From: an uncultured Oscillospiraceae bacterium
GTDB taxonomy: Bacteria; Bacillota; Clostridia; Oscillospirales; Acutalibacteraceae
Assembly: GCA_902388225.1 (NCBI GenBank)
Contig: CABMOR010000001.1
Location: 1 to 35,992 of the forward strand
DNA length: 35,992 bases
Reading direction: 5' to 3'
The position numbers and the translations under genes are program-made. The notes under the pieces were generated by a model. The model was given only the letters and a program-made list of their open reading frames with translations. It ran no database searches and was not told where the DNA came from. Shown here in pieces: positions 8,978-17,456 of the stretch; the first letter of the stretch is position 1, and each line of letters starts with the position of its first letter.

Positions 8978-11900
8978 TTACTTTTTATTTTCGTTATCTG
9001 CAAATTCCTTTTGCTTTCTGGTAAGTTCTTCGTTGATAAGTCTGACGTTATCGAGAAGTTCCTCGCCGGGGTCGGCATCCTGATTGACCACCGCCTGGAA
9101 AGCAAAGCTGAGATAACGTCCCAGAATGTAACTTCCGGGATACTCGGGAAGAGATCTTGCCGATTGCCACTGGTTGTAGATTGCCTTATAGTCGCTGGAT
9201 GTCCAGGGGAGCTGAGCAACAGCCGCGAGGTTGGCCGTGTTATAACGGGCCGATGTGCCGAGTATGCTCTCAATTTCCTGACCGTAGGACACCTGGGTGG
9301 AGGTGTCGGTCCACCAGCTCAGGAAGTCCCAAGCCGCCTCGGGATCTTTTGCATTGCTGATGATAACCGATGCGGTTCCGGCCGAAAGACCGGTATGGTT
9401 TATTGTACCGTCCTCCTGCTCGATTCCGGGAATGTCGGTGAAGCCCCAAAGTCCCTTGATTTCGGGAGCAAAAACACTTAACTGGTTATAGGCCGTATAG
9501 TCGGCAAGTCCCAGCGGCATTTCACCGGTACGGAAACGGTTGGAGAAATCGAAGGTAACAAGACATCCGTAGGAAGTGAAAAATTCCGTATACTGCTTGA
9601 AACAGCTGATGGCCAAAGCCGTGTCGAGAGCCGAAGCCGTGCCGTCTTCATTATAATAGGAACCGCCGTTCTGATAAAGCAGGGTTCCGAACACGTCGGT
9701 AATTCCGAAATAGAGCCCGTTCATGTTGAGCTTGACTATGCAGTCGTAAACCTCGGTCCAGGTTTTGGGTACCTCCATTTCAAGCTCGGACAGAACATCC
9801 TTGCGGTAGAAGAGCATACCGAAGGAGAAGGTCTCGGGCACACCGTAGGTTTTGCCCTTATACTGATAGGGGGTGTAGGCCGTAGGATTAAAGCGGGACA
9901 TTACCTCGTCAAAGGTGTAATGCACCTTGTCGGGGTCGTTAAACTGAGAAACATCCATGACCGCGCCTCGAATGGCGTAGTTAAGCGGTTCGGAGTTTCC
10001 GATACCAAGCACCACGTCCGGTCCGATGCCGGCCGTAATGGAGGGCAGAATGGTTCCGGGGGAAACCAGCTTCAAATTGACCTTAAGATCGCTGTTTTTG
10101 GAAAGGCTGTTGTCGATCAGCCGGCGGATTATCTGTGACTGGTCCTGGCTGGTAGCAACCCAGACGGTTACGTCACGGGTGTTCTCACGGGCATCGGCCG
10201 AGCGTCCGACATTATTATAATCCATATAGAAAGAGGAAGCGAACATTTTGCACTGATGGGAAAGATTTTCCCAAAACCCGGCGTTTGCTTTGGGGAGTTC
10301 CTCTTCGGCAGGAGAAATCTGAATCCAGTCGAAGCCGACCGGCTGGGCGGTGGCGTTTACAAGCCATGTAGATATGGTACCGAGATTAGACTTGAAGTTT
10401 TCCAGCTTTTTGGCGATGCTTCCGGGATTTTCGGTCATTATTTCAAGGTCGTTTATCAAGGTGTTAAAGGAGCTGGTGAACGAGCCGTTGGGCTCTCCGG
10501 TCAGTTGCTTGATGTCAGCCACAACCTGCTTGAGTATTTCAAGATCCTCGGCCATTTCGGCAATGGTTTCGGGAATCATGGTATCGAAGCTGTAATCACG
10601 GAAGGTGTCCGGAGAGGATCCGGTTATCATCATGATTCCGCGGTAGCAGTTGTTGAGACTGTATATGGTGTTGTCAACCTTAGCAAGAAGGTCGGCAAAT
10701 TCGCCCAGTGTGACCTCCAAACGGACGGTGTTCTTTCCTTCCTTAAAGTAGAAAAGGAAGGGGGTTCCGTCGGCAGCCGAAAGGGTGGAAACCTGCCAGC
10801 CGCTATCATAGTCGAAATGGACGTATTTTGCTTCCTCGCAGGGAACCTCTCCGTTGACATAAACCGTACGGTTACAGAATGCACCGTCACGGTCTGTCTG
10901 TTTAAAACGGGCGTTAATGTTGTAAAGTCCGGCCTCCTCCACGTCGAACTCCCATTCAATCCACTGGTATGCGGCGCTGAACTTATCGCTCTTTATCTGA
11001 TTAAGCTTGATAACATCGGATGAGGAGGGATAGGTCAAGGGAGAGGTCCGATCCCATTCGGGATATATTGTGGCCGAAGACTTAAGATGCATATCCTCGG
11101 CCTGACGGCGCATGGGATTGTTCTTGGCCTCCTCGTCCTTTATTCCGAGGGCATAATCGTTTGCGCTGGATGTTCCCAGCTTATATCCCTTTTCGGCATA
11201 CTGCTGCTGAAGCTCGGCATAGGAAATAAGGGTGGGAGCCTTCGAAAGGGAGATGCGGTTGAAGATAACCGCTTCTTTTTGGGTTTCAAGACGGATGGTG
11301 TGTGTTCCGGCAGAAAGGTAGAATTTAAAGTACTCGCCGTATTTTCCGCTGGTATCTATACATTTTCCGTCATACCAGCCGTTTACCTCTTCCGAGCTTG
11401 CACGAATATCGTTTCCGTCCTGGTCAAGGGTAATTCCCTCGTCAGAATCCTTCCAGACTCTGGGAAAAACAATACCGCCCGCCTCGGTAAAGGGGGATTT
11501 GTCGTCAATATACAGGGAGCGTTCAATGGAATTGTTCTTTCCGGGAACGGTATAATAGAGCATATCGATGACAAAAAGACCGTCATTTGCAATATTTACC
11601 GTCCAGGTGACCGAAACGGTCTCGCCGTCATCACTGTCTCCCATGTAAAGAGACTGACCGGCAATACCGTTTTCCGGCAGGGTTTCGTCATATTCGGAAG
11701 AAGCCGCCACATTGCCAGAGGATGCGGTCAGATATGCCGGGTCGGCGGCACCGAAGGTTATCACCTCGGAGGCGTCCGGAATATCGGCATACTGCGCTAT
11801 GTATTCGGTGTAGGTGAATTTGGAGAAGACCGTGTTCTCCTCACGGGCCTTCAGATACTCTTCAACATCCTCGGGATCGGCCGCACCCCTTACCTGAACA

Positions 11901-12013
11901 GAGGTATCTGTTCCGGTGGCGTCTTCGCCGTCGGCGGCCACAGAGTAACCTACCGAAGAGGTCAGCATTATCGCGGCAAGAAACGCTGCAATAATTCGGG
12001 AATAATGTTTCAT
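8978..12013 (-). CDS. Giant extracellular solute-binding protein (family 1 SBP) with N-terminal tandem CBM6/35-like modules (1011 aa)
   Basis: I place the start at ATG 12013 (MKHYSRIIAAFLAAIMLTSSVGYSVAADG is a signal peptide; AAGGAG lies 10 nt upstream) rather than the ORF-track start 12109. Two beta-sandwich-like repeats end ...YLSAGTHTIRLETQKE and ...YFKEGKNTVRLEVTLGE. The C-terminal 400 aa or so look like a CUT1 sugar-binding domain. Confidence 0.8.
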   Translation of the reverse strand: MKHYSRIIAAFLAAIMLTSSVGYSVAADGEDATGTDTSVQVRGAADPEDVEEYLKAREENTVFSKFTYTEYIAQYADIPDASEVITFGAADPAYLTASSGNVAASSEYDETLPENGIAGQSLYMGDSDDGETVSVTWTVNIANDGLFVIDMLYYTVPGKNNSIERSLYIDDKSPFTEAGGIVFPRVWKDSDEGITLDQDGNDIRASSEEVNGWYDGKCIDTSGKYGEYFKFYLSAGTHTIRLETQKEAVIFNRISLSKAPTLISYAELQQQYAEKGYKLGTSSANDYALGIKDEEAKNNPMRRQAEDMHLKSSATIYPEWDRTSPLTYPSSSDVIKLNQIKSDKFSAAYQWIEWEFDVEEAGLYNINARFKQTDRDGAFCNRTVYVNGEVPCEEAKYVHFDYDSGWQVSTLSAADGTPFLFYFKEGKNTVRLEVTLGEFADLLAKVDNTIYSLNNCYRGIMMITGSSPDTFRDYSFDTMIPETIAEMAEDLEILKQVVADIKQLTGEPNGSFTSSFNTLINDLEIMTENPGSIAKKLENFKSNLGTISTWLVNATAQPVGFDWIQISPAEEELPKANAGFWENLSHQCKMFASSFYMDYNNVGRSADARENTRDVTVWVATSQDQSQIIRRLIDNSLSKNSDLKVNLKLVSPGTILPSITAGIGPDVVLGIGNSEPLNYAIRGAVMDVSQFNDPDKVHYTFDEVMSRFNPTAYTPYQYKGKTYGVPETFSFGMLFYRKDVLSELEMEVPKTWTEVYDCIVKLNMNGLYFGITDVFGTLLYQNGGSYYNEDGTASALDTALAISCFKQYTEFFTSYGCLVTFDFSNRFRTGEMPLGLADYTAYNQLSVFAPEIKGLWGFTDIPGIEQEDGTINHTGLSAGTASVIISNAKDPEAAWDFLSWWTDTSTQVSYGQEIESILGTSARYNTANLAAVAQLPWTSSDYKAIYNQWQSARSLPEYPGSYILGRYLSFAFQAVVNQDADPGEELLDNVRLINEELTRKQKEFADNENKK

Positions 12014-12104
12014 TGAATAAACGCTCCTTTTCATACCATAAAAAGCATCAAGAAGGACATCGGCAAAGGTGTAACCGACGTCCGGCTCGACACAAAACCA
12101 AACC

Positions 12105-12130
12105 TGCAAAAAGTCTTTGGACTTTTTGCA
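12105..12130. terminator. Perfect 11-bp stem-loop between zapA and the SBP gene
   Basis: TGCAAAAAGTC tttg GACTTTTTGCA. On the minus strand it is followed by a T-rich tract (ggtttggttttgtg). It could terminate zapA or act as a 5'-UTR attenuator for the transport operon. Confidence 0.35.
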
Positions 12131-12320
12131 GTAATTTTCCGGATTCTAAATGTACAATTTTACCAAAGTTATGTGTAAACCATACAAATCCATAAAAGTT
12201 TTTCCACCATATAAACAATATGCCCGTTCACATTTTGTGCAAATTGCATATAATCTCTGTTAAATAATTCCTTGAACCTTCGGCTTTAAGCGGAAATTCG
12301 CCTTAAAAGGCGTCACAATT

Positions 12321-12662
12321 TTACTGAAGTCTCTGTTTAAGAGCCTTGATTTCTCCGGTCAGGCGCTCGATTTCCCGCCTGGCCTCCTCGCCGTCAAACC
12401 GTGTGCAGGCAGAATCCTCCACCGCCTTTTTAAGCTGCAGGCGAAGCTGTTCACATTCTTTTTGGCTTTTGTCAAGCTCGTCGCACATATCAAGTGCGGT
12501 CAAAACGGCCACCATGGTGGTCGAAAGCCTGGGATTGGCCTTTTTGGTCCTGTCAAGCTCCTCGTTGAGTTTTGCGCCGATTTTTCTGACATGGGCCTCA
12601 TCGTCATCGGTAACCACCATATATTCTATGCCGCCCACCGAAAGCTTAATTTTATTTGACAT
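12321..12662 (-). CDS. zapA: Cell division protein ZapA
   Basis: MSNKIKLSVGGIEYMVVTDDDEAHVRKIGAKLNEEL... followed by a C-terminal coiled coil is the typical ZapA pattern. The start is moved to ATG 12662, which has GGAGG 8 nt upstream. Confidence 0.8.
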   Translation of the reverse strand: MSNKIKLSVGGIEYMVVTDDDEAHVRKIGAKLNEELDRTKKANPRLSTTMVAVLTALDMCDELDKSQKECEQLRLQLKKAVEDSACTRFDGEEARREIERLTGEIKALKQRLQ

Positions 12663-12887
12663 AAACTGCCCCTCCTTTTGAATAGTTTTAAAAAAGCCAA
12701 ATGGCAGATACATACTATTATAATACAATCTTCGACAAAAATAAAGATGTTTTTAAAATATTCACATCCTGTTCATTTATTGCTTTGCTGTATGAACGGC
12801 ATATATTTTCCATATGTTTATAAACAACATTTTGGGATTGTTTGATGTGAATATTTTGGCGTAAACTTAAAAAAATTAAAAATACTG

Positions 12888-12916
12888 TTGACAAATACTT
12901 TTGAAAGAATTATATT
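12888..12916 (+). promoter_or_regulatory. Sigma-A type promoter for acpP
   Basis: TTGACA (12888-12893), 17-nt spacer, TATATT (12911-12916), about 55 nt upstream of the ATG. Confidence 0.5.
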
Positions 12917-12970
12917 ATCCGTATATGTTGAATATTTAGTATAATTACTAAATTAGAAAGGATTTTTTAT

Positions 12971-13198
12971 ATGGTCTTTGAACAGTTAAGAAGCATTATT
13001 TGCGAACAGCTTGAGCTTCAGCCGTCACAAATCACCATGGAGTCCTCCATGTCAGACGAGCTGGGAGCTGACAGCTTAGATCTTGTTGATATTATAATGT
13101 CTGTTGAGGACGAATTTGATGTGGATGTTCCGGACGAGGAAGTGGAAAAGCTCCGCTGCGTCGGCGACCTTGTTCATTATATCGAGGATCATCAGTAA
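12971..13198 (+). CDS. acpP: Acyl carrier protein
   Basis: 75-aa acidic protein with the phosphopantetheine-attachment motif LGADSLDLVDIIM. AGAAAGGA RBS. Confidence 0.9.
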   Translation: MVFEQLRSIICEQLELQPSQITMESSMSDELGADSLDLVDIIMSVEDEFDVDVPDEEVEKLRCVGDLVHYIEDHQ

Positions 13199-13203
13199 TT
13201 TTT

Positions 13204-13239
13204 AAACCGCCGGAAACGGCGGTTTTAGCTATTTTTTTA
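13204..13239 (+). terminator. Rho-independent terminator after acpP
   Basis: AAACCGCCG gaaa CGGCGGTTT followed by a T-rich tract. Confidence 0.75.
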
Positions 13240-13410
13240 CCGCATCGCACACTCAAAAGCCGCTTTTTTAACCGGTCTCGACGTAAGCTTGCGGGCGCCT
13301 AAATCTTTCGGTCAACACCGACCGCTCACTCACCTTTCGGACCCTAAAAAACGCCCTTTGCTTAACTTTAAGCGTGCATAAACGGTCAACCTGTTCAGGA
13401 GGCAATCAAA

Positions 13411-13725
13411 GTGGATATAAAGGAAGTTTCTGCCATTATCAAGCTTGACAAAAGCCTTAGAGATGAGGTAAGAAAAGCCGAGCAAAAGCGGGATGAGATT
13501 GATCAGAGCATAAAATCCCGGGTGGAAAAGCTACATGATGAATATTATTCCGATCTCGACTCGGTTCTTTCGGAATACGAGGCCAAAAAGAAGGGCGAGA
13601 CAAACAGACGCATCGCCGCCCAGGCCGAGGAATACGAAAAGCAGCTTGGCGCATTAAACGCAAAGTATGACGCCGAAAAAAATGTGTGGCTTGAACATAT
13701 TGTCGGCGCCGTAACGGAGGTGTAG
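13411..13725 (+). CDS. Small coiled-coil protein, probable V/A-type ATPase peripheral-stalk (G/H-like) subunit
   Basis: 104-aa charged helical ORF with a GTG start 7 nt after GGAGG. It is the first gene of the V-ATPase operon. Function is assigned by position and composition only. Confidence 0.5.
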   Translation: MDIKEVSAIIKLDKSLRDEVRKAEQKRDEIDQSIKSRVEKLHDEYYSDLDSVLSEYEAKKKGETNRRIAAQAEEYEKQLGALNAKYDAEKNVWLEHIVGAVTEV

Positions 13726-13730
13726 ACTTT

Positions 13731-14709
13731 ATGTCTGCAAACTTAAAGTCGGAAATTGCCGCCGCCCAAAAGGCGAGGGCAAGATACGGCAAGTTTTTCA
13801 CAAAGGAAAAGTTTTCTCAAATGGCATCCTGCTCCTCTCTTCAGGAGGTGGCCGCCTCTATAAGAGAAAATCCCTTTTTTGCCGAAGGTTTCGGAAATAT
13901 AAGCGATGCCGCCATTAACCGTGAGACTCTTGAAAGAATACTTAAAGAGAGACTTTTTACCGACCTTTCCCAGCTTTTCGGGTTTGATTTTTCCCTGGGT
14001 TCAAAGCTATACCGTCTTTCGGTGGTGGAATGTGAAAAGGAGCTTATTATGAGCTTTGCCCGGCTTTTAAATGCCGGAAAAAAGACATCTGGACATAGAC
14101 ATAAGCGCCGTATGTGCGGCCAAGGATTTTGACGATTTTTTGGGCTGCGTCAAGCGGCGGGACCTTTTTCTCATGGTTTCGCTCTGCCGTCCGGTGGAAA
14201 ATCAGCCCATCGACCTGTCTTTTCTTGAATTTCTGCTTGAGGACTATTTTTGCAAAAAGGTTTGCGAAATTGCCGACGGGGATGAAAAGATTGTGAATAT
14301 ATTCGGTATTCAGGCTGATTTTCTCAATCTTCAGATGATACTCAGACAGAAAAAATATTTTGACGCCCCACCCGACGGGATAAAGGCCAGACTGCTTTCT
14401 CTCCACAGCCTTTTCCCCCGAAAAAAGCTGGAAAAGCTGTGTGAAAGCTCGGTGGAAGAGGTTGAGCGGTTTATAGACGAATCGAAATACTCCGAATACT
14501 TCAAGGGTGCGGTTTCGGCCGACATCGCCGCCGGGCGAGCGGTTCGGGACATCTGCCGCAAAACCATGCGGTTTGATACCTCCCCGTCGTCGGTGCTTTC
14601 GGCATATATGCTGCTGGCCAAAAATCAGTATGACTGTCTGACCACCCTGGTTGAAGGGGTCAGATACAATCTGGCCAGCGACAAAATAACGGAACTTCTT
14701 CCCATTTGA
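13731..14709 (+). pseudogene. atpC: V/A-type ATPase subunit C (d), frameshifted in an A6 run
   Basis: ORFs 13731..14132 and 14071..14709 join into one protein of about 325 aa if the A6 run at 14078-14083 is read as A5 (...SFARLLNAGK-RHLDIDISAVCAAKDFDDF...). Confidence 0.8.
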
Positions 14710-14723
14710 TTTGAGGTGATATA

Positions 14724-16663
14724 ATGTCAGTTGAAAAAATGGAGCTTGCAACCATCAGCGGAAGCTTTGAAAAGCTGGACGAAACGCTGGACGCATGCCG
14801 GGACGCAGGATGCTTTCATCCCGAAAACATGTCCCTCATCGGCGGAGTGTCGAGGCTGACCGCGGAGTGTCGAGGCTGACCGAGGACAACCCTTATAAAG
14901 CCCAGCTTGACCGGCTCAGCGGTCTTATAAAGTCGGCGGGAGTCACCATGACCGAGGGCGATTATGACGACCTTCCCCTGACCGGCCAAGAGGCGAAGGC
15001 GCAGGTCGACAAGATAGAAAAGGACATAAGCGGATTTCAAAACGAGCTTGCGGTTATAGAAAAGGAGCAGGAGTACTGCAAATCCTGTATTCATATTTTA
15101 AAGCATTTTGAAACCATAGACATTCCGATAAACGATTTTTTTGAAACCGAATTTGTCTCGGTGAGATTCGGGCGGCTTCCGGTGGACGGATACCGTATGC
15201 TTGCGGCCTATGCCGATAATCCCGATGTGATTTTCTATTCCTTCTCCCACGACAGCGACTACTACTGGGGAATGTATATTGTTCCCACCGAGTACGCCAA
15301 AGAGGTAGACAGGATATTCTCGGGACTGCTTTTTGAAAAGATATACATTCCCGGAGCGGTGGATTCCCCTTCCGAGGCCATAGAGCTTCTTAACGAACAG
15401 CTTGCATCGGACGGTCAGCGCGCCGACAAGATAAAAGCCGATTTTAAGGCATATTTTGAAAGCCGCAACGACAGTATTCACAGCTTTTATTCAAAGCTTT
15501 ACATGCTCAACACACGGTTTGAGCTTAGAAAATATGTTTCGAGACATGGAGATCACTTTGTCATGATGGGATGGGTTCCCCAAACCGATTCCCAAAAGCT
15601 GACCGAGGCCTTCTCCGGCAAGGACGGTGTTACCGTTTCCTTTACCGAAAATAAAAGCATCGAAAAGCTGTCTCCCCCGATAAAGCTTAAGAACACCCTC
15701 CTTCACCGACCCTTTGAGTATTATGTAAAGATGTTCGGTATGCCGAAATACGGAGAGATCGACCCCACCGCCTTTGTGGCCATAACCTACACCCTTCTCT
15801 TCGGCATAATGTTTGCCGATTTCGGCCAGGGTCTGATTCTTTCGGCCGTGGGTTATCTGATGTATAAACTGAAGGGCATGGATCTCGGAAAGCTGCTTGT
15901 CCCCTGCGGTATAGCAGGTTCGTTTTTCGGTCTTATATTCGGCTCGTTTTTCGGATTTGAAGAGGTCTTTAACCCGCTTTACTTTAAGCTCGGCCTTGTG
16001 ACCTCTCCCGAGCACAAACCCATCGAAATAATGTCCAACATCATGACCATTCTTTTCGGTGCCGTGGGAATCGGCCTGGTGCTCATGATACTTGCCCTTG
16101 CCCTCAACATCTATTCCAAGCTTAAACAACGGGATTTCGGCGAAGCTTTATTTTCCGAAAACGGCATTTGCGGACTGCTCTTTTACACAGGAGTAATTCT
16201 CGTTGCCGCCAATGCCCTTTTAGGTCTCGGAATTCCCTCCCTTCCCGTAATTATTGTCGGAATAGTAATTCCCATTGTCTGCATCTGGCTTAAAGAACCC
16301 CTTATAAAGCTGACAAACGGCGATCCCGACTGGCAGCCCGAAAGCTGGGGAGGATACATGACCCAGGGATTTTTTGAGCTGTTTGAGGCGGTTCTTTCCT
16401 ACATAACAAACACCGTTTCCTTCCTGCGGGTAGGCGCATTCGTGCTGGTTCACGCCGGAATGATGAGCGTGTTTTTCTCCCTCGCAAATATGTTTGGAGA
16501 ATATTCGGTCGGTTTCTGGATAGTGGTGGTCTTCGGCAACATCTTCGTGCTTGTACTGGAAGGTCTGCTGGTCGGCGTTCAGAGCCTTCGACTGGAATTC
16601 TACGAGATGTTCAACCGTTTCTTTGAGGGTTCGGGACACGAGTTCCAACCCATTAAATATTAA
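14724..16663 (+). pseudogene. atpI: V/A-type ATPase subunit I (a), disrupted by a 20-bp tandem duplication
   Basis: ATG 14724 (GAGGTGA RBS) opens MSVEKMELATISGSFEKLDETLDACRDAGCFHPENMSLIGGVSRLT, which then hits TGA at 14877-14879. The rest of the protein is in the +2 frame (ORF 14795..16663). Removing one 20-bp unit restores a 639-aa subunit I containing the SFLRVGAF arginine motif. Confidence 0.9.
14842..14881 (+). repeat. Exact 20-bp tandem duplication (GCGGAGTGTCGAGGCTGACC x2)
   Basis: Read directly from the sequence: 14842-14861 equals 14862-14881. Confidence 0.97.
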
Positions 16664-16685
16664 AAACCTTTGGAGGTATGTTAAA

Positions 16686-17111
16686 ATGTCTGCTTTTTCT
16701 GTTGTAATGTTCCTTATCCCCCCTGTTGCCATCTTTTTTGCAATCTACAACGCTCTGCGTTGCTATAAAAAGGGCGCCGCCCCCACCAAAGCCATGAAGA
16801 TTCATTTCGCAACCCTCGTGGCCGTAACCGCTTTGTGCATTACCGGCGCCATGACCGCCTTGGCCGACACGGGAGATGCCGCTGCCGCCGTTACTTCAAA
16901 CGGAGACGGACTTAAATATCTTGCCGCCGGCCTTTGCACCGGTATTGCCGCTATCGGCGGCGGTATTGCTCTGGGAGCGGGTATCCCCGCCGCCATCGGA
17001 GCCACCACCGAAGACCCCAAGGCCTTCGGTAAATCCCTTATCTTCGTTGCTCTGGGCGAAACTCTTGCTCTTTACGGCGTTATCATTTCCTTCATGATAA
17101 TCAACGCTTAA
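16686..17111 (+). CDS. atpK: V/A-type ATPase proteolipid subunit K (c)
   Basis: Start moved to ATG 16686, 9 nt after GGAGG. The C-terminal hairpin is LAAGLCTGIAAIGGGIALGAGIPAAIGA...LIFVALGETLALYGVIISFMII, with the ion-binding Glu. Two extra N-terminal hydrophobic segments are present. Confidence 0.8.
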   Translation: MSAFSVVMFLIPPVAIFFAIYNALRCYKKGAAPTKAMKIHFATLVAVTALCITGAMTALADTGDAAAAVTSNGDGLKYLAAGLCTGIAAIGGGIALGAGIPAAIGATTEDPKAFGKSLIFVALGETLALYGVIISFMIINA

Positions 17112-17138
17112 CTTAATTTAAAAAAGGAGGTGCCGGCA

Positions 17139-17447
17139 ATGCGTTTTGCCCTCATCAGCGACAACCACGATACTTATTTAGGCATGCGCCTTGCGGGTAT
17201 CGAAGGAGTCATTGTTCACGACCGTGACGGCGTTATCAAGGCCCTTGAAGACGCCACCTCAGACGAGCAGGTGGGCGCAGTTCTCATTACCGAAAAGCTG
17301 GTTGCTCTCGCCCGGGAGGAAATCGACGATTTTAAGCTTCGGCGTGCAAAACCGCTTATCATTGAAATCCCCGACCGGCACGGTTCCGGACGTTCGGGTG
17401 ACTCCATAACACGATATATTCGAGAGGCAATCGGAATTAAGATTTGA
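17139..17447 (+). CDS. atpF: V/A-type ATPase subunit F
   Basis: MRFALISDNHDTYLGMRLAGIEGVIV...VGAVLITEKL is the typical subunit F pattern. ATG lies 8 nt after GGAGG. Confidence 0.85.
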   Translation: MRFALISDNHDTYLGMRLAGIEGVIVHDRDGVIKALEDATSDEQVGAVLITEKLVALAREEIDDFKLRRAKPLIIEIPDRHGSGRSGDSITRYIREAIGIKI

Positions 17448-17456
17448 GGTGTAAAA

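Noticed and set aside
10256-12016. Plus-strand ORFs 10256..11023 and 11087..12016
   Set aside because: Both are antisense to the giant solute-binding protein gene. They have Gly/Val/Arg-rich composition typical of shadow frames.
12014-12109. N-terminal extension (MQVWFCVEPDV...) of the binding-protein ORF
   Set aside because: The internal ATG at 12013 is preceded by AAGGAG and starts a canonical signal peptide. The extension has no RBS and runs into the upstream hairpin.
12150-12200. cre (CcpA) site upstream of the transport operon (TGTGTAAACCATACA)
   Set aside because: It is one position short of, and mismatched to, the TGWAANCGNTNWCA consensus at the central CG. It is not convincing.
14795-14881. 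ORF-track start MPGRRMLSS... for subunit I
   Set aside because: That stretch is an out-of-frame reading of the true N-terminus. The genuine start is ATG 14724, and the frames are separated by the 20-bp duplication.
15491-16129. 212-aa minus-strand ORF, and 16220..16732 minus
   Set aside because: Both are antisense to the membrane domain of V-ATPase subunit I and are shadow frames.
16551-16685. Upstream extension of the subunit K ORF
   Set aside because: It overlaps the 3' end of subunit I. ATG 16686 has a GGAGG at ideal spacing.
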